Below are positions 25,867 through 34,026 of a stretch of DNA of 34,026 nt, in pieces; the first letter of the stretch is position 1, and each line of letters opens with the position of its first letter. A program made the position numbers and the translations under genes. The DNA lies in the IMG/VR virus record IMGVR_UViG_3300049182_000057, positions 1 to 34,026 of that record. One strand, written 5' to 3'. The notes under the pieces are model-generated. The model was given only the letters and a program-made list of their open reading frames with translations, made no database searches and was not told the DNA's origin. The stretch is from a virus (lineage: Duplodnaviria; Caudoviricetes).

Positions 25867-27576
25867 ATGACCACCTCGATCACCCTCCGCGCGACCAAAG
25901 GCTCGGCTCTCACCCACGCCGAGATGGACGCGAACCTCACCAATCTGCAGACGACCGCCGACGCAGCGCTGGCAGCTACGGACACGCTGACTGCCGACAA
26001 GGCGGAAGCAGCGGCCCTTGGTGTGAGCAACACCGACCAGAATATGGGATCGTTCACGGGCTCGACGATCCCGGACAATGTGAGCGCAAAGGCCGGGATG
26101 CAGGCGCTTGAAACGGCGGTCGAGGCAAGGCCGACTTCTGCCGCGCTCGCCTCCTCCTCCGGCGCGTCTCTAATTGGAACGGGCGACGGGATCACGCTTG
26201 AGCAGCATCTCACCCCGATTGTGATAGCCGCGCGAGGCGGCGGTTTGTCTGACGTGGCTAACATCAACGCTGCGTTCGATCAGATGATTGACGAAGGGCG
26301 CGATCTCGTTTTCCGCGCCGGAACTTACGTGATCGACGGCGATGTGGTTTTCACGCCCTACGACGCGGCGCAAGCCAATCAGCGCAATTTCCGCATTTCC
26401 GGCTTCGGCGCGGTCCTTACGGGAAGCGGCAGCGCAACCTTCCTGATGAAGATCGGTCGCGGTTTCACGCCGTACAAAACCGTGGTGGAAGGCTTTACCT
26501 TCGATCCAACGGACAACACAACGCTGGACTGCGGCTTGCTCATTGAACGCGCAACACATGTAGACGTGACGAAAAACACATTCATATTCGGCGGGACCGA
26601 CGCAAATTATGACGGCATTGTTCTTCAGAATGCCACGGCCGCCGATGCCAATACGGGGTGCTTCTGGACGTTCATTTTCAACAACACCTTCCGGGTCATC
26701 ACAGGCGCTCAATCGCGCCCTCGGTCATGTGTGCATGTAACCGGCAACGCCAACGCGACCTTCGTATTCAAGAACGAGTTTGGTTCGGCGGGATCAGGTG
26801 TGAGGGTAAGCCCGGCCTCCGGCCAGACTTCCTTAGCGAACGGGCTTGATGTCAACGGCAACCATTTCGAGGGATTGGTCGATTATTGCGTGGACATCCA
26901 GGGGGTGGCCGGCGCGGCCGGAATCACCGGCTTCCGTTTCGACCACAACCGCGTTGAGCAGGGTGAGGGCGCGGTCATCATCAATATGGAGGGCGCGACG
27001 GTTTCGGCCAGTGCGCCGCCGATCATCGGCCCCAGCAACTACTTCACTCCTCTGGCCTCCATGACGCTGGTTAACAATCCAAACAATCTCAACGTGACCA
27101 GTTGGGCGGTGGCGATCACGCCTGAAATCAACCCTGATATATACACGCGCGAAGGCTTCACTGTCCGCGCTTTCGAGAGCCACCCGTTCACCGCGCGCGC
27201 TGGGTCTGTCGGGCAGGGCTACAGGCTCCTTCGAGACACTAGCGGCATCGAACTGGGCTCATGGACCTACCGCGTAACCCAAGGCAGCTCCCTCAAAGGA
27301 GCGAGCCTCGCGCAGCCGCTTTTCCTCTCGGCGGTCGCTGGCCTCAGCGGGACAACCACGGAATGCAAAACTCTTGGCGGCAGCAAGGTTCTGGCTGCAG
27401 GGACCGGCGCGGTTACCTTCTCCACCGCCGAGGATGACGCCAATTACCGGGTCCAGCTGACCGGCAACGCGAACGAGACATTCTATGTCGCGCCGGGGCA
27501 GACGACGGGGGGCTTTACGATCAATTCCAGCAACGGCGCATCCACCGCGACCGTCAACTGGCTGATCTACCGGTGA
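25867..27576 (+). CDS. Tailspike/depolymerase (parallel beta-helix)
   Basis: ITLRATKGSALTHAEMDAN anchor, INAAFD...FRAGTYVI, Asn-ladder repeats. Confidence 0.75.
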   Translation: MTTSITLRATKGSALTHAEMDANLTNLQTTADAALAATDTLTADKAEAAALGVSNTDQNMGSFTGSTIPDNVSAKAGMQALETAVEARPTSAALASSSGASLIGTGDGITLEQHLTPIVIAARGGGLSDVANINAAFDQMIDEGRDLVFRAGTYVIDGDVVFTPYDAAQANQRNFRISGFGAVLTGSGSATFLMKIGRGFTPYKTVVEGFTFDPTDNTTLDCGLLIERATHVDVTKNTFIFGGTDANYDGIVLQNATAADANTGCFWTFIFNNTFRVITGAQSRPRSCVHVTGNANATFVFKNEFGSAGSGVRVSPASGQTSLANGLDVNGNHFEGLVDYCVDIQGVAGAAGITGFRFDHNRVEQGEGAVIINMEGATVSASAPPIIGPSNYFTPLASMTLVNNPNNLNVTSWAVAITPEINPDIYTREGFTVRAFESHPFTARAGSVGQGYRLLRDTSGIELGSWTYRVTQGSSLKGASLAQPLFLSAVAGLSGTTTECKTLGGSKVLAAGTGAVTFSTAEDDANYRVQLTGNANETFYVAPGQTTGGFTINSSNGASTATVNWLIYR

Positions 27577-27619
27577 CCGCGCATCTCCCCACCAACATCA
27601 TCATCGCGGGGGCGAGCTA

Positions 27620-27952
27620 ATGAACCTTGACTACGCCGGAGCGGAGGGTGGCCGCCTTGCTCTCGCCTTCGCGAGCGGCTGCACAGGCGCATGGGTATTC
27701 ATGCGCAACCTCGTGATGAAGCCCGCGATCAAGTCCTGCCACCAGCGCTGCACTGACCTGGAGAAAGCGGTCGATTGGCTGAAGGAGCAGCTCACGGCCA
27801 AGGACGTGCGCATCGGGCAGCTTGAGACGGCCCTGTTCACCAGCGGCATCCCTGAGCTTCGTAAGGCGATGCAGGGGGTGATCTCCGAAGCGCGGATGGA
27901 GACCGAGGCGAAGATCGGGGCGGTCGAAAAGAAGATGGGGGGCATTCCATAA
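27620..27952 (+). CDS. Membrane-anchored coiled-coil protein (holin/antiholin-like)
   Basis: One TM segment plus coiled coil at the start of the lysis cassette. Confidence 0.55.
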   Translation: MNLDYAGAEGGRLALAFASGCTGAWVFMRNLVMKPAIKSCHQRCTDLEKAVDWLKEQLTAKDVRIGQLETALFTSGIPELRKAMQGVISEARMETEAKIGAVEKKMGGIP

Positions 27953-28332
27953 TGTGGCGCTGGGACCAATCAGCCGGCGAGCTTTTCCGCAACGGGGCGT
28001 TCGTCTCGAAGGGTTATTCCGGGAAAGGCCGGGGGGTGAACAATCCGTCGCTGCAGGGTGTGCAGGGCATCGGCCCGATCCCCGCCGGCAAGTGGAAGAT
28101 CGTCGAGCGGTACGACAGCAAGAATGTCGGCCCCTACGCGCTCGTCCTCCACGCGGTTGACGCCACCCCCGGAGACGATCGCCACGACCCGACAGGCCGG
28201 GGGGCCTTCCGCATCCACGGCGACTCAATCCGCGCTCCGGGCACCGCAAGCAAGGGCTGCATCATCCTGCCGCGCCCCGTGCGTGAGCGCATCTGGAAGA
28301 GCGGCGACCGCGATCTGGAGGTGGTGGCATGA
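27952..28332 (+). CDS. Tlde1/DUF2778 L,D-transpeptidase-fold enzyme, probable endolysin
   Basis: GYSG...NNP...GPIPAGKW...RGAFRIHGD...ASKGCI with catalytic His and Cys. Confidence 0.82.
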   Translation: MWRWDQSAGELFRNGAFVSKGYSGKGRGVNNPSLQGVQGIGPIPAGKWKIVERYDSKNVGPYALVLHAVDATPGDDRHDPTGRGAFRIHGDSIRAPGTASKGCIILPRPVRERIWKSGDRDLEVVA

Positions 28333-28478
28333 ACTACATCCGCAACCGCCTTTCCGAGCGCTCGACGTGGATCGCGGTAGCCGCCGCTGCGACTGCTGCT
28401 GCAGCGCTATCCCCGCCGTGGAGCTATGTCGTGTTTGTGGTGAGCGCCTTTGCCGCGCTGCTGCCGGGCGGGAAGTGA
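28329..28478 (+). CDS. Holin (49 aa, two TM segments)
   Basis: MNYIRNRLSERSTWIAVAAAATAAAALSPPWSYVVFVVSAFAALLPGGK; coupled on both sides; not in the track. Confidence 0.65.
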   Translation: MNYIRNRLSERSTWIAVAAAATAAAALSPPWSYVVFVVSAFAALLPGGK

Positions 28479-28924
28479 TGTTCGGCGTGTCCACCCCGCA
28501 GGACATCCTTATCCGCGTCGGCGGTGCTGTCGCCATGATCGCGATGGTGGGCGGGCTCTCCTACTGCCAGGGCAGGACGGACGGGAAGAACGCGGAGCAG
28601 GCCAAGCAACTCCGCGTGATGAACAAGGCCATCGTCGCCATCGGCAAGGGTCGCAAGGCGATGGCGGCCCTCTCTCAAGCGCGCGCCGAAGCGGAGCGCA
28701 ATCGCCAAACCATAGTGCGGGAGTTCTACCGTGAAGTTCCCACGATCGTTCGTGATCCTGTCTACCGCAGCATCTGCGTTGATGACTCAGGCGTGCGCCA
28801 CCTCGACAGGCTCGTTTCCTCCGCAAACGGAGATCCCGGAAGACCTGCTGGCGAGGCCGGCGAAGATCCCGGACGTGCTGCGGACGGTCGATCCGAAGAC
28901 CGGCAAGTCCACCATGACAGGTGA
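28478..28924 (+). CDS. Rz-like i-spanin
   Basis: N-terminal TM, coiled coil, PVYRSICVDDSG. Confidence 0.75.
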   Translation: MFGVSTPQDILIRVGGAVAMIAMVGGLSYCQGRTDGKNAEQAKQLRVMNKAIVAIGKGRKAMAALSQARAEAERNRQTIVREFYREVPTIVRDPVYRSICVDDSGVRHLDRLVSSANGDPGRPAGEAGEDPGRAADGRSEDRQVHHDR

Positions 28925-29042
28925 GCAGTGCCTTATGAGCCTTGGCGGCATCCTGGACGCTGCCGGAAGTAATGCGGGGCAGCTACGTGGCCTGATCACC
29001 GCGGTCCGCAAGCAGCAAGCCATATCCGAGGAGAAGCGTTGA
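28731..29042 (+). CDS. Rz1-like o-spanin lipoprotein
   Basis: Signal peptide with lipobox TQAC; Pro-rich; overlaps Rz in another frame. Confidence 0.75.
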   Translation: MKFPRSFVILSTAASALMTQACATSTGSFPPQTEIPEDLLARPAKIPDVLRTVDPKTGKSTMTGEQCLMSLGGILDAAGSNAGQLRGLITAVRKQQAISEEKR

Positions 29043-30847
29043 TGAGGCTGGGGCTCAACGGGCTGTCGCTGGGGGGTGGCGAGGCTCCAGTTGCCACCAC
29101 AACCACCGGCCTCGTCACGTCAACGTGGATGGGCGTCCCCACCCCTGACGGGGTTTATGTCTCCTCGCGCCTCGCCAATGACAGCACCGATGTCAAGCTG
29201 GTTGTCTCGACCAATTCGGACCTGTCGTCGCCGGTGCTGACCACGGACGCGGTTTCGTCCACCAACAAGATCGCGCGCCACACCGTCACCGGCCTGTCCG
29301 CCAATACCACCTATTATTGCGGCCAGAAGATCGACGGCGTCTTGGACATCGGCAAGATCGGCAGGTTCAAGACCGCGCCCACGGCGGGATCGCAGGCGAA
29401 CTTCCGCTTTGCCGCGGCCTCCTGCGCTCAGGTAGGCAGCAACCACGCCGTCTATGACGCGATCCGGGCCGTCACTCCGGCCTTCTTCATCCACATGGGC
29501 GACATGCACTACGCCGACAGCACTTCGACCGACGAAGCGGTGCGTCAGGCGCTCTATGACGATGTTCTAGCCCTGTCCAAGCCGGGGCAGCTCTTCCGCG
29601 AAGTTCCCACCGCGTACATCTACGATGACCATGATTTCTGCGGGAACAACAGCGACAGCACCACGACAGGCGGGACGGCGGCCAAGGCTGCATTCCGCGC
29701 GCGGGTCCCCGTGCCCGTGGCGTCGTCGGCCGGCGACCCGAACTATTACAGCTTCTCCTATGGCCGAGTGCGCGTCATCGTCACCGATCTGAGATCGGCC
29801 CGTTCTCCTGTCGGCAACACTGACAACAGTTCAAAGACGATGATGGGGACGACGCAAAAGACGTGGTTCAAGGCCGAACTGGTCGCGGCGGTGGCGGCCA
29901 ATGAGGTGATTGTCTGGGTTTCCTCGGTCGGATGGTTGGAGACGACTGGCAATAATGACGACGGCTGGGCCGATTACAATACCGAGCGGGTCGAGCTTGC
30001 CGACTATATGAAGGCGAACGGGGTTGCCTCGCGCATCCTGATCACGTCGGGCGACATGCACGCCATCGCGTGGGGGGCGGTCGATTATGCGACAAGCGGA
30101 GGGATGCGGATTCCTGTCTTCCACTCTGCCCCTCTGGACAAGACTCCTTCGAGCAAGGGCGGCCCCTACACCGCCGGCCCATTCCAAAACAACAATCAGT
30201 TCGGCTATTTCGATGTCACCGACAATGGTGCGGCCGGCGTGGTCTTCGCCTATACCGGCACCAACTCGGCGGGCGGGACAGTTACGACGACGAGCGTCAC
30301 GCTCGGCGTTCGCCAGGCGCAGATCAGCATCGGAGACGCCTCGGCGCTCACCGGCTGGAACCGCACCGCGAGCTTTGCTGTCTCGACACCTTTCGCCAAT
30401 CTCAATGACGATCAGGTCATCCCGACCGGCTGGGGTTTCCAGATCACCAATGCGGGCTCGAGCGTCAGCGCCACCAATGGCAGCACGGGCGCGGCGGGCA
30501 GCTTCCCGTTCCCCGATGCGGTGCTGCTGCCCCAGCTCGTCGAGACGGGCGCGGGCGGCGATAATCTCCTCGCCGTCAAGTTCACTGGGCTGAACAACAA
30601 CAAGCGCTACCGGGTGAGGGCTATCCCGTCGCGCGGCTCCTCGGCGTCCGATCGGACTTGCACTCTTACGGTCAACGGAGGATCGGCGCAGACGATAGAC
30701 GCGGCCTTCAACGTCACGACCTATGCGGAATGGCTCGCGGTAGCGCCTTCGTCGGGTGAGATCACGGTTCAGGTCGCGCGTGGCCCCACCAACACCACCA
30801 CCATCTATCTCAACGCGCTGACGATCCAGCAGCGGGATAATATATGA
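29039..30847 (+). CDS. PhoD-like metallophosphoesterase with FN3-like N-domain and beta-sandwich C-domain
   Basis: FAAASC, HMGDMHYAD, DDHDF, DLRS, MGTTQKTWF, DGW, SGDMH; no Tat or Sec signal. Confidence 0.85.
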   Translation: MMRLGLNGLSLGGGEAPVATTTTGLVTSTWMGVPTPDGVYVSSRLANDSTDVKLVVSTNSDLSSPVLTTDAVSSTNKIARHTVTGLSANTTYYCGQKIDGVLDIGKIGRFKTAPTAGSQANFRFAAASCAQVGSNHAVYDAIRAVTPAFFIHMGDMHYADSTSTDEAVRQALYDDVLALSKPGQLFREVPTAYIYDDHDFCGNNSDSTTTGGTAAKAAFRARVPVPVASSAGDPNYYSFSYGRVRVIVTDLRSARSPVGNTDNSSKTMMGTTQKTWFKAELVAAVAANEVIVWVSSVGWLETTGNNDDGWADYNTERVELADYMKANGVASRILITSGDMHAIAWGAVDYATSGGMRIPVFHSAPLDKTPSSKGGPYTAGPFQNNNQFGYFDVTDNGAAGVVFAYTGTNSAGGTVTTTSVTLGVRQAQISIGDASALTGWNRTASFAVSTPFANLNDDQVIPTGWGFQITNAGSSVSATNGSTGAAGSFPFPDAVLLPQLVETGAGGDNLLAVKFTGLNNNKRYRVRAIPSRGSSASDRTCTLTVNGGSAQTIDAAFNVTTYAEWLAVAPSSGEITVQVARGPTNTTTIYLNALTIQQRDNI

Positions 30848-32082
30848 CCCCCACCCTAGCCGAGGCAATCGCTGCTCAACAGGTCGTCACCGACTTCCTG
30901 AAGGCGATGGCACCCGCTGCGGCCCAGCCTGCTGCACCCGCGTTCGTTTCCCCGCTGGCCGGAATCGCTGCGATCAAGGCGATAGACACGATCGTGCTTC
31001 CCGGCGAGATGGAGGCGGTCGTCCGCGTGGAGCTGGCGGAAAAGCTCAACCGGCCCCTCCTGTTCCCATACGTCACCAAGGACGACACGGCCAAGGAGTA
31101 CGACAGCTTCTACCGCGCGCAGGGCTTCCTGCTGTTCTATGCCGGCGATACCGTGCGCGAGGTCCGGATCAAGCTCAAGAAGCCGCTCGCGGGGCAGTTC
31201 CGGCTCAACGTGCAGGGCTCATGGACCGATCCACCCGTCCCAGGTAGGGAGTTGATCGTCAAGGCTGGAACTGCCCGCCCTGAGATCGCACAATCCCCGG
31301 CGATCATCCGCGCTCCGGCGAAGAGGGCTGGGGGTCGGGCGCTCAAGTTCGAGAGCAATTTCCTCGAGCCCGTCAGCCCCACCGGCGGCCCTGGTACGTG
31401 GAAGTCGCGCTTCAAATGGCACCGATACCAGAACGACAACAGGGAGTGGGGCGCTTACGTCGATGCGGCCACCGATCCAGGCTGTACGCCTCATCCGATC
31501 GTCAATGGGGAGCGCAGGCTGAGGTGCGAGCGCAAACCGATGGTGGAGACGTTCGAGGGCCGTCAGATCAACCTGCCCTGGTATGCCTCGATGATGTCCA
31601 CGGACGGAGGGCTATGGTCCGGCGGCCCCTATGGCTATTATGAGTTCGAGCGGACGATCCCGCAGGCTCTGTGCTTCACCCCTGCCGCGTGGTTCCTGCC
31701 GACCACGAATAGCTGGCCGAAGGATGGGGAGTTCGACTGGGAGGAGATATTCCAATATCTCTCGACCGGGGTGAGCCCCAAGGATTCAAAAACGATCCAC
31801 TGGACCAATCCGGGCGATCCATCGACCGATCGCAAGGAAGCTGTGTCACTGCCATACGGTAGACCCTTCGACCGGCATAAGCTCGGTCTTGACGTGACGC
31901 CGGAGGAGATCGTCTATTTCATCGACGATGCCGAGGTGCTGCGGCGGCCGAACCTGACCTTCCACCTGCCGTGGTACTTCATCGCCAATCTGGCGGCGTG
32001 GGTTCCGGGCGCGCCGGCGATCCCCTCGACCGTGCCGGATATCGTCGAGATGACGGTGCACCGGTTCGTGGCTTGGGGCTAA
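30844..32082 (+). CDS. Glycoside hydrolase family 16 with Calx-beta-like domain
   Basis: YGYYE, PAAWFL, WP..GEFDWEE (ExDxxE), HKLGLDVTPEEIVYFID; YVTKDDTA...GFLLFYAGDT Calx-beta-like. Confidence 0.8.
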   Translation: MTPTLAEAIAAQQVVTDFLKAMAPAAAQPAAPAFVSPLAGIAAIKAIDTIVLPGEMEAVVRVELAEKLNRPLLFPYVTKDDTAKEYDSFYRAQGFLLFYAGDTVREVRIKLKKPLAGQFRLNVQGSWTDPPVPGRELIVKAGTARPEIAQSPAIIRAPAKRAGGRALKFESNFLEPVSPTGGPGTWKSRFKWHRYQNDNREWGAYVDAATDPGCTPHPIVNGERRLRCERKPMVETFEGRQINLPWYASMMSTDGGLWSGGPYGYYEFERTIPQALCFTPAAWFLPTTNSWPKDGEFDWEEIFQYLSTGVSPKDSKTIHWTNPGDPSTDRKEAVSLPYGRPFDRHKLGLDVTPEEIVYFIDDAEVLRRPNLTFHLPWYFIANLAAWVPGAPAIPSTVPDIVEMTVHRFVAWG

Positions 32083-32094
32083 GGCGCGCTGATA

Positions 32095-32298
32095 CTATCC
32101 GCCCAACATCCAAATCCATCGGCTAAGCCCGAACAGGCAAAGGCTCAGAAATCCATAGCCGGAAGCCTTAGCAACATCGCTGCGACCTATGACGAGCAAG
32201 CCAAACGGGCGGAGCGCGCACCAGAGCGCTACCCATGCGAGCCCGCCGACGACCAACGAGATTCCGATTTGTGCGCCCGACTGAACAATCTCATGCAT
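32095..32298 (-). CDS. Small 2-TM membrane protein
   Basis: MHEIVQSGAQIGISLVVGG...; AAGGGGTGG SD. Confidence 0.55.
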   Translation of the reverse strand: MHEIVQSGAQIGISLVVGGLAWVALWCALRPFGLLVIGRSDVAKASGYGFLSLCLFGLSRWIWMLGG

Positions 32299-32308
32299 GA
32301 ACCACCCC

Positions 32309-32404
32309 TTAAGGCGCAAACCACCACAGCACCAGAGCCGCCACAACGAACGGCGTCAGAAAGCCGAGGAGGAAGCGCCAGTCGAAGATGATGGGGCGTT
32401 TCAT
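32309..32404 (-). CDS. 31-aa single-TM peptide (MKRPIIFDWRFLLGFLTPFVVAALVLWWFAP)
   Basis: GAGGGAAG SD; not in the track. Confidence 0.55.
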   Translation of the reverse strand: MKRPIIFDWRFLLGFLTPFVVAALVLWWFAP

Positions 32405-32573
32405 CTTCCCTCACTCACCTGATTCTGCTAGGGATATTGCGTGATGCGCGAAAGGAAATTCGCATGAATGAAGGCGGCATTTCTACCGAAGGCTTCGGCG
32501 GGTTCATCGCCAGTGGATCCTGGATTGAGGGCTATGGCGGCCTGACCTATATCCCAACCCGCGGCTAACTGCA

Positions 32574-33215
32574 TCACTCTTCCCCCAAGAGTGAGAGGGC
32601 TCCACGGGCGGTGTGTTTCATCTGAACGATCATGGCGCTGTCGAGAGTGATGATTGTCGAATTTGGCTCGAACCGGGTGATCCTCTCTAGCGCCTCCCGT
32701 ACAGACGCAAGCTTTGCTTCGGAGGCGAGGGCGCGGGATTGCCATGAAAGTGGTTCGCCTTTGTCATCGAAGTACCGGGCCATCTTGGCGTGGGCGTCAC
32801 GCTGGCCTCGCTCGAACCCCACTTGGTGGTTTAGCTCCTCCACCTGCTGGGCGAGTGAGCGAAGGCGCTCGCGCTCGGCCTTGCAGCGGGCGCATCTCCG
32901 GCACGCGGTCCCAAGCAGGAGATCGCCACGGCAAACGGGTTCCTCGGTCATTGCAGCTTCTCCGATGGGTCTATGGCTCCAAACCGCCGTGAACTCAGCA
33001 CCAAGCGGCTCTTGCCCGGAGGCGATAGCCTCTGTCACCCGCTGGACATCATCCCTCTTGGTGAGGGTGGCTTCGAAGCGGGCGAAGGCTTGGGGCAGGC
33101 TGTGTTCGTCATATTCGCCGCGCTCGATCATGTCAGCCTCGGCAACCCGCGATGGATAGCCGGTCTGCCGCAGCCATGCTACCGCCGCTTCTCGATGGCG
33201 TTGCTCTATCTTCAT
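32574..33215 (-). CDS. Hypothetical early protein, apparently two modules fused (internal start 32951)
   Basis: Internal GGAGAAG SD before MTEEPVCRG...CRRCARC. Confidence 0.65.
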   Translation of the reverse strand: MKIEQRHREAAVAWLRQTGYPSRVAEADMIERGEYDEHSLPQAFARFEATLTKRDDVQRVTEAIASGQEPLGAEFTAVWSHRPIGEAAMTEEPVCRGDLLLGTACRRCARCKAERERLRSLAQQVEELNHQVGFERGQRDAHAKMARYFDDKGEPLSWQSRALASEAKLASVREALERITRFEPNSTIITLDSAMIVQMKHTARGALSLLGEE

Positions 33216-33607
33216 TGCTTATCTCCGATAAGGGAGCGGATGGCGGCTTCGCACATTTCAGCCATCTCGCGGTTAGTCTCTGCTTTGGCGAGCGCCGCGG
33301 CATTATTTGCATGGCGCGCGTTCTCATAAAATTCGTCGCTTTTGTGATGTCTGATCTTCGCCCGGTGGTTGCGCTCATAGAGCCGGAACTGCATGGCCGC
33401 GCTCTCCAATTTTCGCGCTGCGACATGAATGAGTGCCTTGGTCAGGCTGTGTCGCACCTTTTCGGCGTCCAGCTTAATGATAAGGCCGGCAACATCGGCA
33501 CGCTCGCAATCGGCCAACGCTGCTGCGTAGCCGTCAGCATAGGCCATTGCCTCTGCCACGCTTGGGATGTCCGCCGCCTCTCGCACTGCATCCGGTTCAT
33601 GAGGCAT
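33212..33607 (-). CDS. Hypothetical early protein
   Basis: Coupled overlaps; AGGAG SD. Confidence 0.65.
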   Translation of the reverse strand: MPHEPDAVREAADIPSVAEAMAYADGYAAALADCERADVAGLIIKLDAEKVRHSLTKALIHVAARKLESAAMQFRLYERNHRAKIRHHKSDEFYENARHANNAAALAKAETNREMAEMCEAAIRSLIGDKQ

Positions 33608-33857
33608 TACCGTTCTCCTTGAGGGCGGCGCGGACGGCGAGGCCGAGCGGCGTAAGGCGGTAATTCCAGATCGCTCGTTGAGCGTCTTCGGCCTCCGCCA
33701 GTTTCAGCCTGCGGAGTGAGTTACGAGTTGTCAGCGTAACACTCTTCAAGGACCGCCCCGACTGATATTCAGACGTGAGGGCCAACAATCCCTTCTGCTG
33801 CGCCTCCGTCAGCTTCCCCGCTATCGTCTCAACGTCCACTACCGTTTCCTTTCTCAT
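33597..33857 (-). CDS. Hypothetical winged-helix-like protein
   Basis: KLTEAQ...L...YRLTPLGLAVRAAL. Confidence 0.65.
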   Translation of the reverse strand: MRKETVVDVETIAGKLTEAQQKGLLALTSEYQSGRSLKSVTLTTRNSLRRLKLAEAEDAQRAIWNYRLTPLGLAVRAALKENGNAS

Positions 33858-33929
33858 GAGCGAACTATTCGGGATTTCCTAATAGTTGCCGATCCCCACA
33901 GGTCGCTTGCTGTACGGCGATCCCGGCCT

Positions 33930-34026
33930 TCATCGGAACAGCACCTTGCGCCGCATCTCGGCTACGCGTTTTGCGTTCTCTCTTTCGGCCTTCAATATGG
34001 CTGGGATCGTTTTCTCCCGCATGACG
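33930..34026 (-). CDS. Partial hypothetical protein (...MREKTIPAILKAERENAKRVAEMRRKVLFR)
   Basis: Open to the window edge. Confidence 0.4.
   Translation of the reverse strand, partial: VMREKTIPAILKAERENAKRVAEMRRKVLFR

Larger units (their letters stand above)
1..34026. mobile_element. Temperate podovirus-like phage or prophage, probably alphaproteobacterial
   Basis: Contiguous immunity, replication, packaging, virion and lysis modules. Confidence 0.95.

Noticed and set aside
29039-30847. phoD as a classical Pho-regulon auxiliary metabolic gene
   Set aside because: No export signal, separate promoter or Pho box seen; the gene is coupled to the late operon.
6231-31094. Numerous long minus-strand ORFs opposite replication and virion genes (e.g. 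6231-7283, 13980-15059, 16224-17417, 29831-30868)
   Set aside because: Typical high-GC antisense shadows with no motifs or SD sequences.

Overview
The whole window is a temperate, podovirus-type (P22-like portal, N4-gp56/DUF4043-type capsid) phage or prophage. The host is most likely an alphaproteobacterium, inferred from a GAAC-N7-GAAC SOS box, GcrA-like and DUF6456-like genes and high GC. Left to right: the start of a leftward early operon (27-bp-repeat protein, stand-alone RNAP alpha-CTD protein), an unusually complex immunity region, rightward early/replication genes (CII-like, GcrA-like, VRR-NUC, SSB-like, primase-SF3 helicase plus iteron-type ori), a DUF6456-like late regulator with promoter and terminator, packaging/head/tail/ejection genes, a lysis cassette using a Tlde1/DUF2778 enzyme, PhoD and GH16 enzyme genes, and the distal end of a leftward operon. 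No integrase is visible. The best candidate for an undescribed system is the immunity region (about 1010-2740). It holds two paralogous XRE repressors without a peptidase domain, an SOS box in front of a Cys-rich ORF antisense to cI, and an unannotated 32-aa hydrophobic peptide facing a densely structured antisense RNA. Also notable are three tandem covarying pseudoknots upstream of the scaffold gene and an unannotated SieA-positioned membrane peptide. All product calls come from motif recognition by eye; no database searches were run.
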